A DNA stretch of 64,000 nucleotides from an uncultured Burkholderiales bacterium (GTDB lineage: Bacteria > Pseudomonadota > Gammaproteobacteria > Burkholderiales > JAEUOS01), in contig CAYUEG010000002.1 of assembly GCA_964443245.1 (NCBI GenBank), forward strand, positions 8,188 to 72,187, in the 5' to 3' direction. The stretch's first letter is position 1. The number at the start of each line of letters is the position of its first letter. The notes below the pieces were generated by a model. It was not told where the DNA came from. It did not search any database and was given only the letters and a program-made list of their open reading frames with translations. Of the stretch, positions 37,591 to 47,083 are shown one piece after another. A program made the position numbers and the translations under genes.

Positions 37591-37995
37591 TCCCATCGGT
37601 GCCACATGCGCACGGGCGGGGCGCCGCGCCGCCTGGATTTCCGCCAGTACGGTGCTGGCCAGCTCTTCGGTGCGATTCTTGTCCACAAACGCACGCGCGC
37701 CTGCCAGGGCGGCAGCAGCCCACTTTGCCTGTGTGAAGTGCCCGGAATAAATCAGCAGCGGAATCGCCTTTCCCGACTCTTTCAGTACACCCAGGGCGTC
37801 GGCCGAGTTGAAGGAGGGCATGCTCTCGTCACACAGGATCAGATCCCAATCCTGTGCCGCCAGCGCCTGGCGCATGGTTTCGTGCGTGTCGACACGGCGG
37901 AACTGGATGTCCGGAATGTGGCGCCGGAGCTGCGCAACGGTCAACAGCGAGTCGTCGCGGGAATCGTCCACCATCAATATCTGCGTACCTGACAT
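37576..37995 (-). CDS. Single-domain response regulator downstream of flgN
   Basis: ILMVDDSRDD, LILCDESMPSFNS, LLIYSG, FVDK. The ATG is preceded by GAGGGAG, 21 nt after the flgN stop. Its 3' end overlaps the convergent receiver gene by 15 nt. Confidence 0.85.
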   Translation of the reverse strand: MSGTQILMVDDSRDDSLLTVAQLRRHIPDIQFRRVDTHETMRQALAAQDWDLILCDESMPSFNSADALGVLKESGKAIPLLIYSGHFTQAKWAAAALAGARAFVDKNRTEELASTVLAEIQAARRPARAHVAPMGSVAV

Positions 37996-38016
37996 GGTGC
38001 TCCCTCAAGGGCCATT

Positions 38017-38514
38017 CTAGGCGTAGGCGCGCGCCATCGGCGCCGGTTTGTAGGGTAGGGCGGTACCGGCCATGTTGTAGCCGGCATCCCTGCCGGCAGC
38101 GTGGACCAGGCCGGCCTGTCGGCTGCGCAGATAGGCCAACTGATGCTCCAGCAACCGGCCGAGGCCCTGGTTGAGATTGCGTAAGGCGGCATACTCCTGC
38201 AGCAGTTTGATGAGCGTGCGGCGCGGCGATGAGGCGGGTGGGAACGTTGCCAGATAGGACTGCAGGCCGTTCCAGTCTGGCCTGAAGCCGGCCCGTTTCA
38301 TGTCCGCCTCTCGCTGCCGGGTCGCAGTGGCCATGGTTGCCTGCAGCGTCGACTTCTGGGATGCCAACGCTGCCAGACGCGCGGTGTCTGCCGCCTCCAC
38401 CGCTGCCTGCTCTGCCAGGAGTACCGCCCGGAATTGCCGGACGCACTCCAGCTCAGAGGCCAGGCTCTCTTCGCAGAAAGCGTTGCCGGATGGGGCGGGG
38501 CGGACTGTGATCAT
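38017..38514 (-). CDS. flgN: Flagellar export chaperone FlgN
   Basis: 165 aa, helical. The FlgN-like N-terminus reads ELECVRQFRAVLLAEQAAVEAADTARLAALASQKSTL. Lies directly after flgM. Confidence 0.8.
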   Translation of the reverse strand: MITVRPAPSGNAFCEESLASELECVRQFRAVLLAEQAAVEAADTARLAALASQKSTLQATMATATRQREADMKRAGFRPDWNGLQSYLATFPPASSPRRTLIKLLQEYAALRNLNQGLGRLLEHQLAYLRSRQAGLVHAAGRDAGYNMAGTALPYKPAPMARAYA

Positions 38515-38519
38515 GGGGC

Positions 38520-38801
38520 TTAGTGACGCGGACCAAGCAATTCGTTGGCACTGGCCAGGAGCTTGCCGGCGACCACTTCGGCATTGACCTGGAAGCGGCC
38601 TTCCCGAATCGCTGCCTTGATCTCGTCGACCTTGCGGGTGTCGAAGTCACCCTCCTGGCGCAGCGTGGTGGTGACGCCCGGTTCAGCTGCCTTGGCGACG
38701 GCGCCAGCGTCGGCCGACTTGCCGGCAGCGCTCGTCTTGCCAGGGCCGGTCGCCTGCACGGTGCCCAGACGGGAGGTATCAGATAAAGTATTGATTTTCA
38801 T
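38520..38801 (-). CDS. flgM: Anti-sigma-28 factor FlgM
   Basis: 93 aa. The C-terminal FliA-binding region is DTRKVDEIKAAIREGRFQVNAEVVAGKLL. Confidence 0.85.
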   Translation of the reverse strand: MKINTLSDTSRLGTVQATGPGKTSAAGKSADAGAVAKAAEPGVTTTLRQEGDFDTRKVDEIKAAIREGRFQVNAEVVAGKLLASANELLGPRH

Positions 38802-38857
38802 GGTGTTTTCCTGTCGTTTCGAACCGGGATGGACGTACTTTCGGGTGTTCGAAACAA

Positions 38858-38884
38858 GTAACGGCGCAGACGCTGGAAACTTGA
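38858..38884 (-). promoter_or_regulatory. Putative sigma-28 promoter of flgMN
   Basis: The reverse strand reads TCAAGTTT-N11-GCCGTTAC, against the consensus TAAAGTTT-N11-GCCGATAA. It starts 10 nt downstream of the flgA stop codon and lies about 57 nt upstream of the flgM ATG. Confidence 0.55.
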
Positions 38885-38894
38885 GGCAATTTGA

Positions 38895-39605
38895 TCAACG
38901 CAGTTCGACAATCCGGCCGCTGCGGGCGATGCCCTGCAGAAACCGGCCTGAATCGGTCTGTACGCGCACTGGCTGCCCCTCGGCAGCTTGCGACAGGGCA
39001 CGGCCGCTGGTGGAAATGGCGAATCCCGCGCCGATAAACTGGACCCGAACGGTATCTCCTGCATCGACAGCTGCCGGCGCGCGAAAGTACTCCTGCTTGA
39101 GGATCTGCCCGGCGGCCAGCGGACGCGCCGTGGTCTTGCCGGCAAGCTGCCCCAACTGGGACACCAGAACCCCGCTTTCCCGGGTTATTTCGATCTCCTC
39201 TTCGCGGACATCATTGTCGCCGGGCACCTGACCCGCACCGATGCTTCGGCTGGCGACGAGCGTTTTGGCGTAGACACGGATGTCGACCGGAAGAAAGACG
39301 TTCCAGCCGGCGGCATCGTGACAGCGCAGACCGATCGAGGTGCGCCCCCACAAGCGCGAACCGCGCGGGACATAGGGTTCGACCTGGCTGCAGGGCGCCA
39401 GTTTGACGCGTTCGTCCAGGGTGCCCACGCTGACTTCGACCCGGCCGGGAAGGCCGGTGGTTGCGCGCTCCAGATAAATCTTGAGCATCTGGGCCGGATT
39501 GTCGGCCGGCGCAGAACGTGCCCGTAGCGGCGCCGAACTGAGTAAGGCGGCGCCGATCAGCAGCACATGCATCAACCACACCGGGACGGGATTACGGGGA
39601 AACAT
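38895..39605 (-). CDS. flgA: Flagellar P-ring assembly chaperone FlgA
   Basis: Signal peptide MFPRNPVPVWLMHVLLIGAALLSSAPLRA. The C-terminal SAF-like block is GDTVRVQFIGAGFAISTSGRALSQAAEGQPVRVQTDSGRFLQGIA. The upstream ATG 39644 is possible. Confidence 0.85.
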   Translation of the reverse strand: MFPRNPVPVWLMHVLLIGAALLSSAPLRARSAPADNPAQMLKIYLERATTGLPGRVEVSVGTLDERVKLAPCSQVEPYVPRGSRLWGRTSIGLRCHDAAGWNVFLPVDIRVYAKTLVASRSIGAGQVPGDNDVREEEIEITRESGVLVSQLGQLAGKTTARPLAAGQILKQEYFRAPAAVDAGDTVRVQFIGAGFAISTSGRALSQAAEGQPVRVQTDSGRFLQGIARSGRIVELR

Positions 39606-39893
39606 GATGGGCACTCCATGCAGGGCCGAAGAACTGGCAAGCACGATAGCGCCCCGGCCGCACCTACGGCAGGGCGAATAGACAGGCTTTTACCTGACTG
39701 TTTGGCGCTTTCACGGCGCACGGCTTTGCTCAAATGACACCCACAGCGCCACTGGCGGCGAGCGCAGCAAAGAGCGTTGCGGGCAGTGGCAGAACCAATA
39801 TCCCAGACTCGGCTGCGGGTCGCCGCTGCACACCGGACACCAGCGTTTACGGCAGCTGCTCCCAAAACTGTAGTCCAGGCTTGGAGATGAAAG

Positions 39894-40295
39894 ATGATCG
39901 GCAAACTTGATGAGGCACTGAACTTCAACGGCACTGCGCTCCGCTTGCGTGCAGAGCGGCAGCAAGTCATCGCCGGCAACATCGCCAACGCAGACACCCC
40001 GGGTTTCAAGGCAGCTGACTTCAATTTTGCGCGTGCACTTGAATCTGCCGTCCGTGGTGGCGCCAGTGCCGGCACCATGGTCAAGACCTCGCCGCAGCAC
40101 CTGGGTCTGGACAACGGCTCGATCAGGTCGATTCCGCTGGAGTACCGCAGGCCCGGCCAGGGCTCGATCGACGGCAACAGCGTCGAGATGGACGCCGAGC
40201 GTGCGCAGTTTGCCGACAACGCGGTGCGTTACGAAGCCGCCCTGCGCTTCCTGAATGGTCAGATCAAGACCATGATGAGCGCCGTACAAGGATAA
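39894..40295 (+). CDS. flgB: Flagellar proximal rod protein FlgB
   Basis: RLRAERQQVIAGNIANADTPGFKA is the rod N-terminal signature. First gene of flgBCDEFGHIJKL. Confidence 0.95.
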   Translation: MIGKLDEALNFNGTALRLRAERQQVIAGNIANADTPGFKAADFNFARALESAVRGGASAGTMVKTSPQHLGLDNGSIRSIPLEYRRPGQGSIDGNSVEMDAERAQFADNAVRYEAALRFLNGQIKTMMSAVQG

Positions 40296-40302
40296 GCCAG
40301 CC

Positions 40303-40716
40303 ATGTCACTCTTCAATGCATTCAGGATTGCCGGCGGCGGCGCCACGTCGCAAGGCGTGCGTCTCAATGTGGTGGCCAGCAATCTGGCCAATGCCGACAG
40401 TGTGGCCGGCCCTGATGGGCAGGCCTACAAATCCCGTCAGGTGGTGTTTGAATCGGTGCCGCTGGATGCGGCGCGCAACGGGGTGCAGTCGGTGCGCGTG
40501 CGCGAGGTCACCACCGACAACTCGCCTGGCCGAAAGGTCCATGACCCCAAGCATCCGCTGGCCGATCAGGAAGGCTATGTGTCGATGCCGAACGTCAGTG
40601 CTGCCGAGGAAATGGTGAACATGATTTCGGCAGCGCGTTCCTATGAAAGCAACATCGAGGTCATGAATACGGCCAAGTCCTTGTTGCTCAAGACCCTGCA
40701 GCTGGGCAACAGCTGA
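40303..40716 (+). CDS. flgC: Flagellar proximal rod protein FlgC
   Basis: MSLFNAFRIAGGGATSQGVRLNVVASNLANADS at the N-terminus and EEMVNMISAARSYESNIEVMNTAKSLLLKTLQL at the C-terminus. Confidence 0.95.
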   Translation: MSLFNAFRIAGGGATSQGVRLNVVASNLANADSVAGPDGQAYKSRQVVFESVPLDAARNGVQSVRVREVTTDNSPGRKVHDPKHPLADQEGYVSMPNVSAAEEMVNMISAARSYESNIEVMNTAKSLLLKTLQLGNS

Positions 40717-40733
40717 TTCTTGACGGATATCCC

Positions 40734-41408
40734 ATGACTGCAACCACGATTACAAGCCCGCAACAGAGTACGTTGCTCGCCCAGCTGGGCGGAACCGCTG
40801 CGGCCGCCAAGCCGGCGACTGACGAGAGCCAGGACCGTTTCATGACCTTGCTGGTGGCACAGCTCAAGAACCAGGACCCGCTCAATCCGATGGACAACGC
40901 CCAGGTCACCACACAGTTGGCGCAGATCGATACGGTCAAGGGCATCGACCAGTTGAACCAGACGGTCAAGAAATTGCTCGGCAATGCCGATGCGGGCCAG
41001 GCGCTGCAGGCGGCCGGTCTGGTCAACCGGATGGCCCTGGTGCCGGGTACCAGCATGGTCCTTGAGGCCGGGAGCGCGCTCGGCGGATTTGATCTGGCGG
41101 CCGACGCCGAGGCCATCTCGGTGTCGATTACCGACCCCTCCGGGCGCGTGATCCACAACGCCAATCTGGGTCCGATGAAGGCCGGGGTGCACAGTTTTGC
41201 CTGGGATGGTGTTACCGATGCCGGTGTGCCTGCGCAACCCGGTACCTATACGTTCAACGTCAAGGCGCAGATCGGCGGCAAGTCGTCGTCGGTCGACAGC
41301 CTGACCGCCACCCGCATTGAAGGGGTCGTTCCCGCAGAAGGCGGTCCCCAGATCCAGACCCGCAACGCCGGCCTGATCCCGATGGGACAGGTTCGGCAAA
41401 TCATGTAA
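40734..41408 (+). CDS. flgD: Flagellar hook capping protein FlgD
   Basis: DRFMTLLVAQLKNQDPLNPMDNAQVTTQLAQI is the FlgD signature. A FlgD Ig-like C-terminal domain is present. Confidence 0.9.
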   Translation: MTATTITSPQQSTLLAQLGGTAAAAKPATDESQDRFMTLLVAQLKNQDPLNPMDNAQVTTQLAQIDTVKGIDQLNQTVKKLLGNADAGQALQAAGLVNRMALVPGTSMVLEAGSALGGFDLAADAEAISVSITDPSGRVIHNANLGPMKAGVHSFAWDGVTDAGVPAQPGTYTFNVKAQIGGKSSSVDSLTATRIEGVVPAEGGPQIQTRNAGLIPMGQVRQIM

Positions 41409-41444
41409 CAGCCCCTATTTCGTCTTTTTGCACAGGAGAATTTG

Positions 41445-42656
41445 ATGAGCTTTCAGCAAGGCTTGAGTGGCTTGAATGCAGCTTCCAAGAACCTCGACGT
41501 GATCGGCAACAACGTTGCCAACTCGAGCACGGTCGGCTTCAAGGGAAGCGAAGCACAGTTTGGTGACGTGTTTGCCAATTCACTGGCAGGTGGCGGCGGT
41601 GGAGGGGTCGGCATCGGTACCAGCGTCAGTTCCATCAACCAGACGTTCGGCCAGGGCAACCTGACGGTCACGTCCAACCCGCTGGATATCGCGATCAACG
41701 GCGCAGGCTTTTTTCGCATGGATACCAACGGCACCGTCACCTATTCGCGCAACGGCCAGTTTTCGCTCGACAAGTCCGGCAATATCGTCAATTCCTCAGG
41801 GCAGAAATTGACCGGCTATCCGCCCACCGCCTCTGGTGGCGTGACGACGGCGGCCCCGGCCGCGCTGCAGGTATCCACGGCGGATCTGGCCCCCTCTGCG
41901 AGCACCTCGGCGAAGGCCAAGGTCAACCTCGATTCGCGTGCAACCGCATTGTCCCCGGCCGCGTTCGACCAGAATGATCCGGCCACCTACCACGGCGCCA
42001 CCTCAGTGTCGGTCTATGACAGCCTGGGCAACTCGCATACCTTGTCGACCTATTTCGTCAAGACGGCAGCCAACAGTTGGGATGTGTTTGCCGCCAGTGA
42101 CGGTAGCCTGGTGAGCCCCACAGCCGTCGGCTCCATGACCTTCAACTCCAGCGGCGCACTGACGTCGGGAGGGCCCTATGCCTTGAACATCCCGGTCACC
42201 ACTGGCGCGTCTGCGATCAGCTTGTCGCTCGACATGACCGGCAGCACGCAGTTTGGCAGCACCTTCGGTGTCAATTCACTGGAGCAGGACGGTTATGGCG
42301 CCGGCAAGCTCACCGGCTTTTCGGTAGGACAGGACGGCACCATTGTCGGCAGGTACTCGAACGGGCAGACCCGCGCCCAGGGACAGATTGCCCTGTCCAA
42401 CTTCACCAATCCACAGGGCTTGCAGTCGTTCGGCAGCAATCAGTGGGGTGAGACTGCCAATTCCGGCCCGGCGCTCACGGGCGCACCGAACACCGGCAAC
42501 CTGGGTGTCCTGCAATCGGGCGCTGTCGAGGAATCCAACATCGACCTGACGGCCGAGCTGGTCGACATGATCACGGCGCAGCGGGTCTACCAGGCCAATG
42601 CGCAGTCGATCAAGACCCAGGATGCCGTGTTGCAGACGCTGGTCAACCTTCGCTGA
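41445..42656 (+). CDS. flgE: Flagellar hook protein FlgE
   Basis: MSFQQGLSGLNAASKNLDVIGNNVANSSTVGFK at the N-terminus and ELVDMITAQRVYQANAQSIKTQDAVLQTLVNL at the C-terminus. Confidence 0.95.
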   Translation: MSFQQGLSGLNAASKNLDVIGNNVANSSTVGFKGSEAQFGDVFANSLAGGGGGGVGIGTSVSSINQTFGQGNLTVTSNPLDIAINGAGFFRMDTNGTVTYSRNGQFSLDKSGNIVNSSGQKLTGYPPTASGGVTTAAPAALQVSTADLAPSASTSAKAKVNLDSRATALSPAAFDQNDPATYHGATSVSVYDSLGNSHTLSTYFVKTAANSWDVFAASDGSLVSPTAVGSMTFNSSGALTSGGPYALNIPVTTGASAISLSLDMTGSTQFGSTFGVNSLEQDGYGAGKLTGFSVGQDGTIVGRYSNGQTRAQGQIALSNFTNPQGLQSFGSNQWGETANSGPALTGAPNTGNLGVLQSGAVEESNIDLTAELVDMITAQRVYQANAQSIKTQDAVLQTLVNLR

Positions 42657-42681
42657 GCAATCTCCATAGGGGTGTGATGTC

Positions 42682-43422
42682 ATGGACCGGATGATCTACG
42701 TGGCGATGTCAGGGGCGAAGAACCTGATGCAACGCCAGGAAACGGTGGCCAACAACCTGGCCAACCTGAACACACCCGGTTACCGCGCGGCGACGGCGGC
42801 GTTTCGGGTTGCCCCCGTGACCGGCCCCGAGCTGCCCACCCGCGCCTTCTCGGTGGAAACCACCATCGGTGCGGATTTTCAGCCAGGCACGATTCAAACC
42901 ACCGGCCGAGCCCTCGATGTGGCGTTACCGGGAAGAGGCTGGTTTGCGGTGCAGGGTGCGGACGGCACCGAGGCTTATACCCGCAATGGCGGCTTCCAAG
43001 TGAGTGAACAGGGGCAGCTCCAGACCAGCGCCGGCCAGCCAGTCCTGGGCGACGGCGGTCCGATCACGATTCCCGCCGGACAGAAGGTGTCGATCGGAAC
43101 CGACGGCATCATCTCCGGTGTTCCCGAAAGTGGCGGCAAGGCGGTTACCGCGCTGGGCCGGCTCAAGCTGGTCAACCCGCCGGATGCCCAACTGGTGCGG
43201 CGCCCGGACGGCCTGTTCGGCATGCGCGACGGTTCGTCCGCAGATGCCGATCCGCTGGTGAAGGTGACCAGCGGTGCCATCGAGGGCAGCAATGTCAATG
43301 CAGTGGAGGCGATGGTCGGGATGATCAGTCTGGCGCGCCAGTTCGAGACACAAATGAAACTTCTTCAAACTGCGGAAGCCAATGCGCGCAAGGCGTCATC
43401 GCTGCTTTCCGTCAACGGCTGA
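42682..43422 (+). CDS. flgF: Flagellar proximal rod protein FlgF
   Basis: MDRMIYVAMSGAKNLMQRQETVANNLANLNTPGYRA at the N-terminus and EAMVGMISLARQFETQMKLLQTAE at the C-terminus. Confidence 0.9.
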   Translation: MDRMIYVAMSGAKNLMQRQETVANNLANLNTPGYRAATAAFRVAPVTGPELPTRAFSVETTIGADFQPGTIQTTGRALDVALPGRGWFAVQGADGTEAYTRNGGFQVSEQGQLQTSAGQPVLGDGGPITIPAGQKVSIGTDGIISGVPESGGKAVTALGRLKLVNPPDAQLVRRPDGLFGMRDGSSADADPLVKVTSGAIEGSNVNAVEAMVGMISLARQFETQMKLLQTAEANARKASSLLSVNG

Positions 43423-43437
43423 ACGGGATAACACATC

Positions 43438-44220
43438 ATGATTCGTTCCCTCTGGATTTCCAAGACCGGGCTGGATGCGCAGCAGACGCAGCTGGACGTG
43501 ATTTCCAACAACCTGGCCAATGTCAGCACCAACGGCTTCAAGCGCTCGCGCGCCGTGTTCGAGGATCTGCTCTATCAGAACATGCGCCAGCCAGGGGCAC
43601 AGTCTTCCCAGACGACCCAGTTGCCTACCGGATTGCAGGTCGGCACCGGCGTCAAACCGGTGGCGACAGCACGCGTTTTCACCCAGGGCAATTTGCAGCA
43701 AAGCGGCAACAATCTGGATGTGGCGATCAACGGTCAGGGATTTTTCCAGGTGCAGATGCCCGATGGAACCGTCGGCTATACCCGTGACGGCAGCTTCCAT
43801 CGTGACGCGCAAGGCCAGCTGGTCACTTCGAACGGTTTTCATCTGCAGCCGGCGATCACGATTCCGGCCAATGCGTTGTCGGTGACGATCGGGCAAGACG
43901 GCACGGTCAATATCACCGTCCCCGGCAGCGCCGCCCCGCAGCAGGTCGGCACGATCCAGCTGGCCAACTTTGTCAATCCGTCCGGCCTGCAATCGCAGGG
44001 CCAGAACATCTATATGGAGACGGCGGCATCCGGCACCCCGCAAACCAGCGTACCCGGCCTCAACGGTGTGGGGCTGCTCAACCAGGGCTACGTCGAGACA
44101 TCGAACGTCAACGTGGTTGAGGAACTGGTGTCCATGATCCAGACACAGCGCGCCTACGAGATCAATTCGAAGGCGATCCAGACTTCCGATCAGATGTTGC
44201 AACGCCTTTCCCAACTCTAG
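43438..44220 (+). CDS. flgG: Flagellar distal rod protein FlgG
   Basis: [35 protein letters not shown] at the N-terminus and [30 protein letters not shown] at the C-terminus. Confidence 0.95.
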   Translation: MIRSLWISKTGLDAQQTQLDVISNNLANVSTNGFKRSRAVFEDLLYQNMRQPGAQSSQTTQLPTGLQVGTGVKPVATARVFTQGNLQQSGNNLDVAINGQGFFQVQMPDGTVGYTRDGSFHRDAQGQLVTSNGFHLQPAITIPANALSVTIGQDGTVNITVPGSAAPQQVGTIQLANFVNPSGLQSQGQNIYMETAASGTPQTSVPGLNGVGLLNQGYVETSNVNVVEELVSMIQTQRAYEINSKAIQTSDQMLQRLSQL

Positions 44221-44229
44221 GAACCCGAC

Positions 44230-44997
44230 GTGAATCCATTCCCCGCTTCACCGATGCAGGCTGCCGATGACCAGCACAAACTCCTTCCGGAATGGCTGTG
44301 GCCGGCCGTGATGCGTGCGCTTGAAGTCGCACTGCCGATTGCCCTGATCCTGTCGCTCGCATTCGTCGGATCCGGGTGTACTCCCATGCCCAAGGTGGAC
44401 GTCCAGCAGCCGACCACGGCCCGCGCGGCGCCGACGCCGCGTCCGGTCGCCGGCAACGGCGCCATCTTTCAGGCAGCCGGCTTTCGGCCCCTGTTCGAGG
44501 ATGCCCGTCCGCGCTTCGTGGGTGACATCCTGACCATCAATATCCAGGAGAACCTGAACTCAACCCAGAAGCGCAACTCCAGTGCCAGCAAGACCGGCAG
44601 CATCGCGACTGACCCGACCAACGTGCAACTGCCGATCGGCGTGTTTCAGGGCCTCAATGGCGTCAGCGTATCCGGCGGTTCGAACAACCGGTTCGAGGGC
44701 AAGGGCGAAACGGCCAGCACCAACACCTTTACCGGCACCATCACCACCACGGTGGTGGATGTTCTGGCCAACGGTTATCTGGTGGTATCCGGCGAGAAGC
44801 AGATCGGCACCAACCGGGAAGTGGAGACCATCCGATTCTCCGGCGTGGTCAATCCAGCCAACATTCTGGCCGGGAACACGGTCAGTTCGGCGCAGGTGGC
44901 CGATGCGCGGATTGAACTGCGTGGCCAGGGTGCGGTGGATGAGGCGCAAGTCATGGGTTGGCTGGGGCGCTTTTTCCTCACTTTCCTGCCTTTCTGA
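44230..44997 (+). CDS. flgH: Flagellar L-ring lipoprotein FlgH
   Basis: Lipobox LAFVGSGC, then the FlgH core (DARPRFVGDILTINIQENL..., VVSGEKQIGTNREVETIRFSGVVNP). GTG 44230 is in the track, and ATG 44311 (MRALEV) is an alternative start. Confidence 0.9.
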   Translation: MNPFPASPMQAADDQHKLLPEWLWPAVMRALEVALPIALILSLAFVGSGCTPMPKVDVQQPTTARAAPTPRPVAGNGAIFQAAGFRPLFEDARPRFVGDILTINIQENLNSTQKRNSSASKTGSIATDPTNVQLPIGVFQGLNGVSVSGGSNNRFEGKGETASTNTFTGTITTTVVDVLANGYLVVSGEKQIGTNREVETIRFSGVVNPANILAGNTVSSAQVADARIELRGQGAVDEAQVMGWLGRFFLTFLPF

Positions 44998-45008
44998 AGG
45001 GAGCAAGC

Positions 45009-46139
45009 ATGTTGTCGAAGATGCATGTGCGCGATGTGCTGGCCCTGATTCTGGCGGTTTGCGGGGTGGTGATGCTGGGCCTGGGGGAGGCACGCGCCGA
45101 GCGCATCAAGGATCTGGTGAGTGTCCAGGGGGTGCGCAGCAACCAGCTGCTCGGCTATGGACTGGTGGTCGGGCTTGATGGCAGCGGTGACCAGACCACG
45201 CAGACACCCTTCACGGTGCAAAGCCTGGCTACGATGCTGTCGCAGCTGGGCATCACGCTGCCGCCCGGAACCAATCTGCAACTGAAGAACGTGGCGGCAG
45301 CGATGGTCACGGCGCAACTGCCGGCCTTCGCACAGCCGGGGCAGCCCCTCGATATCACCGTCTCTTCGATGGGGAACGCCAAGTCCTTGCGCGGCGGCAC
45401 ACTGCTGCTGACCCCGCTGAAGGGCGCGGATGGGCAGATCTACGCGATGGCACAGGGCAATATCGTGGTTGCGGGTGCGGGAGAAACGGCCGCGGGAAGC
45501 AAGGCGCAGATCAATCACCTCAGTGCCGGACGGATTCCCGGCGGTGCGACAGTGGAGCGTGCCGTCGCCAGCTCTTTTGCGCTCGGGGACCAGCTCCGCC
45601 TTGAACTGCATACCCTGGATTTCGGTACGGCGCGGCGTGTGGTGGAGGCGATCAACGCGCGCATGGGAAGCGGTACCGCGCAGGCCTTGAATGGCCGCGT
45701 GATTCAGGTGCAGGCGCCTGCCGGAGTGGATGCCCGGGTGGGCTTTCTGGCAGAACTGGAAAACCTCAGCGTGGATGTGGTCGCAGGCGCCGCCAAGGTG
45801 ATCATCAATGCGCGCACCGGATCCGTGGTGATGAATCAGTCGGTGACCCTGGAGGCCTGCGCCGTGGCACACGGTAATCTTTCCGTGACGGTCAATTCGA
45901 CGCCGGTCATCAGCCAGCCCAATGCGCTGTCGCAAACCGGACAAACGGTGGTGTCCGAGCGCGCCGACATCCAGATCCGCCAGGATGGCGGCAAGATGAT
46001 CCTGCTCGACGCCGGTGTGCGTCTGGCGGATGTCGTCAAGGCGCTCAATACCCTCGGAGCAACGCCGCAGGATTTGCTGGCCATCCTGCAGGCCATGAAG
46101 GCTTCCGGTGCGCTGCGCGCCGAACTGGAGATCATCTGA
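45009..46139 (+). CDS. flgI: Flagellar P-ring protein FlgI
   Basis: A signal peptide, then ERIKDLVSVQGVRSNQLLGYGLVVGLDGSGDQTTQTPFTVQSL. Confidence 0.95.
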   Translation: MLSKMHVRDVLALILAVCGVVMLGLGEARAERIKDLVSVQGVRSNQLLGYGLVVGLDGSGDQTTQTPFTVQSLATMLSQLGITLPPGTNLQLKNVAAAMVTAQLPAFAQPGQPLDITVSSMGNAKSLRGGTLLLTPLKGADGQIYAMAQGNIVVAGAGETAAGSKAQINHLSAGRIPGGATVERAVASSFALGDQLRLELHTLDFGTARRVVEAINARMGSGTAQALNGRVIQVQAPAGVDARVGFLAELENLSVDVVAGAAKVIINARTGSVVMNQSVTLEACAVAHGNLSVTVNSTPVISQPNALSQTGQTVVSERADIQIRQDGGKMILLDAGVRLADVVKALNTLGATPQDLLAILQAMKASGALRAELEII

Positions 46140-46140
46140 C

Positions 46141-47031
46141 ATGAACGCCGCGGTCGACAGCTCAATCGGAACCCGTTTTGCGCTCGATGGCAAAGGGCTG
46201 GACGAGCTCAAGCGCAAGGCACGCGATGTATCGAACGGTGATTCGCAGAAGCAGGCCTTGCGGCAGGCGGCCGGGCAGTTCGAAGCGGTATTCATGAACA
46301 TGCTCCTGAAAAGCATGCGCGATACCCTGCCCAAGGATGGCGCGTTCGAGAGCGAGACCACACGCACGTTCACAGGCATGTACGACCAGCAGCTGGCGCA
46401 GAAGATCTCGGAGAAGGGCGTCGGGCTGGCCGACATGATCGTGCGCCAGGTGGAATCCCGTGGCGGCGCGCAGCCGGCCGTCAAGGCACCGAGCATGCCC
46501 TCCACCCTGGACAAGATCAAGTCGGCCACGGCGGAGGCAGCCACCGCCGCCGACGGGGCCATCAGTGGAGCGCCGAAGGAGTTTGTGCAGCGGATGTGGA
46601 AAAGCGCCCGTGCGGCGGAGGAGAGCACGGGCATGCCTGCCCAGTTCATCCTCGGCCAGGCGGCGCTGGAGTCGGGCTGGGGCAAGCGGGAGATACGCCA
46701 TGCCGACGGCAGTACCAGCCATAACCTGTTTGGCATCAAGGCTGGACCGGGCTGGAAGGGCGCCACTGTCGACGCTGTCACCACCGAGTATGTCGGTGGC
46801 GTCGCGCGCAAGGTAACCGAGAAGTTTCGCGCCTATGACTCCTATGCCGACAGCTTCGCCGACTACGCCCGGCTGATCACCAACAATCCGCGCTATGCCG
46901 CGACGCTCAAGTCAGGTAACGATGCCGATCGCTTTGCCCGCAGCCTGCAGGATGCGGGTTACGCCACCGACCCGCTTTACGCCCACAAGTTGTCGCGCGT
47001 GATCGGGCAGACCCTGCGGGCAGTAGGCTGA
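46141..47031 (+). CDS. flgJ: Flagellar rod assembly protein / peptidoglycan hydrolase FlgJ
   Basis: N-terminal rod-binding domain (AAGQFEAVFMNMLLKSMRDT) and C-terminal glucosaminidase domain (ILGQAALESGWGKREI...NLFGIKAG..., YATDPLYAHKL). Confidence 0.9.
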   Translation: MNAAVDSSIGTRFALDGKGLDELKRKARDVSNGDSQKQALRQAAGQFEAVFMNMLLKSMRDTLPKDGAFESETTRTFTGMYDQQLAQKISEKGVGLADMIVRQVESRGGAQPAVKAPSMPSTLDKIKSATAEAATAADGAISGAPKEFVQRMWKSARAAEESTGMPAQFILGQAALESGWGKREIRHADGSTSHNLFGIKAGPGWKGATVDAVTTEYVGGVARKVTEKFRAYDSYADSFADYARLITNNPRYAATLKSGNDADRFARSLQDAGYATDPLYAHKLSRVIGQTLRAVG

Positions 47032-47083
47032 GCATGATGACGGCAATCTCGCCCCGGCTATTGGACAAGGAAAAGGCCTGAAC

